Positions 60,961 through 64,000 of a stretch of 64,000 nucleotides of DNA are shown here, in pieces. Origin of the DNA: the human T2T-CHM13v2.0 reference genome, Homo sapiens. The position numbers were made by a program, and so were the translations under genes. A model generated the notes under the pieces. That model searched no databases and had not been told where the DNA came from. It saw only the letters and a program-made list of their open reading frames with translations. The stretch lies in the NCBI RefSeq assembly GCF_009914755.1, contig NC_060925.1. The stretch is one strand, 5' to 3'. Every line of letters starts with the position of its first letter. The first letter of the stretch is position 1.

Positions 60961-61755
60961 TTGCTTTTGTGGGTCCTTCCTACTCCACTACAGAGAGTTC
61001 GTGGCATCCCTAGAATTACTCCCTGAGCCTTAGGTCCTGTGGTTTTCTCTGCTTTAGGAGACTTGGGAGTCAGTTCTTGACCAGAACAGGGAAAGAAACA
61101 CCTGGCGCCGGCGTTTTACATGATAATCACAAAGAGCCTATGAGGGGGTGTTGTTATTTACATTGTACACACTGGGAAGTTGAGACCTATGGAAGATTAA
61201 GTGGTGACTTTGTATGGTGCACGGTGTAATAATCAAGACTCTCTTGGTTGCTAGTGGGTGGAAACCATCTCAAACTCCTTCACAAGCAGCAAAGGCATTA
61301 ATTCTGAAGATGCAGGAAAGAAGCCAAAGACAGGAGCCTGGCACGCCGGGCAGGCCTGGAACAAGGACTGGACGATCTCAGGACTCTTGGTTTCCCTCTT
61401 CTTTCTCTCTCTACTTCAGATAGCAAATGGCCATCCACAGGCCTGACATTAAACTAGCTAATTTCCTGCCTCAGTCCCATTTCCAAATTTCCTGGCGAAT
61501 TTGTCAGATACTGGTCTTTTTGTGTACCCTGAGTTCCATCAGCAGTGGCAAGTGGGGTGGCTTCTGGGCAAATACAGGTGTGGAGGGGGATACCTTCTGA
61601 AGAAAGGGGGAATTATGAATTGGGAGGGTATAGCACAATTGCCTGCCATATAAAGACATACTGAGAGTGTAGAGAATTCAAATCCAGGCTTGCTCAAGTC
61701 TGATGCTCTCCCCAGTAGCTGTACTCTTAAAAAAAAAATTTTTTTTTGAAGGTCC

Positions 61756-62041
61756 TTTTTTTGAGACAGAGTCTCACTCTGTCACCCAGGATGGAATGCA
61801 GTAATGTGACCTCAGCTCACTACCTCCGCCTCCCAGATTCAAGCGATTCTCAGGCCTCAGCCTCCTGAGTAGCTGCAATTCCAGGCACGCACCACTACTG
61901 CTCAGCTAATTTTTGTATTTTCAGTATTGACAAGGTTTTACCATGTTGGCCAGGCCAGTCTCAAACTCCTGATCTCAAGTGATCCACCACCTCGGCCTCC
62001 CAGGGTACTGAGATTACAGGTGTGAGCCACTGCACCCAGCC
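61756..62041 (-). mobile_element. AluS
   Basis: Full dimer. Confidence 0.88.
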
Positions 62042-62685
62042 TGTACTTTCCAAATTTTAAAAACAGGGACCCTCTTCACAATCAGCCCTGCTGGTAATCA
62101 AAATGGTAACTCTGCTAATTAGAAAAACACTACCTTCCTCAAACCATTTTACTGTTGGAAAAATTTTCACCATAACCCAAGTGTATTTTGATATTTTGAT
62201 TTTGATGTGAAGAGGCCCCCTAGAGTTGTGCAGAGAAGAATCTATACAGCATCAGCCTGCCTCTAACAGAGAAGACAGAAAATCCTGTTGCTGCTTTGGA
62301 TGAAGTGGGTAAACATCCCTGAGTCTCACCCACCCAGCCTCTCTCTTGTCCCTCTGGCTGCCCTTTAGGCTCCTCAGAGGAGTCCCAGTGTGCTAGGAAC
62401 ACAGCAGGAAAAATGTGGCACCCCAACCTGGTCTCCGCCAGACTGAGTCTAAGTAGTATTTGATGCTCCTATGAAGAAGACTGGCTGGTCATGTCCTGAA
62501 GTGTCCTGAAGTGAGTTGGTCTCGTGATTCCACCTCCAAAGAAAACCAGTGAGACTTAGAGACTAGCCACAGTATATGGTAGCCTGGTCAGAGGGTGGAG
62601 GGGAGGTCCTTGTAAGGGACAGCTAAGCCCTGACTGAGGACGAGAGGAGAAAAAAGACAAGTGCTTCTATAGATGCTCCTTATAA

Positions 62686-63286
<601 letters not shown>

Positions 63287-64000
63287 TGTGGCTTTGACTC
63301 TGCTGATTTACCTCCCTCTAGTGGCTGCTGGCTCTTGGCAATAACACCTTTCATCATTACTGGGCCTCAAGTCCCCTGAATTTTCTGTCTCTGACCTCCT
63401 GTGTGACCAAGACATGACCTTAACTGCTGCAAAGATATAATACTGAAAGAGTCACCTCCCATCTCATATTGTTAGAGAGGACTTTTAACTGATTTAGCAA
63501 ACATCCCCAAAGACTGTTGGCAAGTAGATTGATGAGAGCAGGGAGGAAGGTCTCCAGTGGTCCCAGTCTGCATTTTAAACAGCTATTACAATGAAGGCAT
63601 AGGAGGCATATTTGTCACATTCATGAAGGATGCAAAGCCGAAAAGGAGGCCAGGAGCAGGTAACTGATCTGTTGAATGGTAGAGTCAAGACTCGCAAAAG
63701 CTCCTGTAGGCTATAAAAACAGACATCCACCAAAAGATGTTAGTAGGAATTTGTGAAATTATCCTTAAGTTTAAAAATGACTGCACATTAAAAGGAACAT
63801 GACTTAATTGCAGTTTTTAAAAAACGTTTTACAGGTTTCAGTTGACGGATGTAAAAGATAACTTGAGTTCATTGTGTGACATATCCTCCCATATTGCAAG
63901 TTTATATGGTATCAGTAAAGCCCCAGTGACCCAAACAAGGGTGGGGAAGGGCCCATTCTACTCTATGTGAGTGAGTCAGTCCAAACCTGAAATATCTTGC

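Noticed and set aside
60239-61013. Several 75-130 aa overlapping ORFs
   Set aside because: Expected from stop-codon scarcity in a GC-rich island

Overview
Primate, almost certainly human, genomic DNA (Alu/L1/L2/MIR/MaLR-rich) with two head-to-head genes, recognised from their spliced translations. On the minus strand are coding exons 1-4 of GPA33, the intestinal A33 antigen (IgV+IgC2, CTX/JAM family); its remaining exons lie left of the window. On the plus strand are the first four coding exons of STYXL2/DUSP27, a muscle dual-specificity pseudophosphatase; its last exon lies right of the window. All eight exons have GT-AG boundaries and their phases join correctly. The rest is intron and interspersed repeat. 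I found no prokaryotic-type system, CRISPR array or recognisable RNA gene, and cannot claim a proven novel system. Best leads: (1) a non-Alu ~175-bp-arm inverted repeat with interlocking direct duplications, split by an internally deleted L1 (47451-51514); (2) a possible decayed ~2 kb antisense coding exon in STYXL2 intron 2 (43300-45466); (3) an in-frame upstream AUG and a perfect 25-bp CCAAT/E-box duplication at the GPA33 5' end; (4) a compact NKX2-5/TEAD/MEF2/E-box muscle promoter ~3.5 kb from a gut promoter; (5) two orphan CpG-rich intronic islands. Repeat subfamily names and repeat boundaries were assigned by eye and are approximate.
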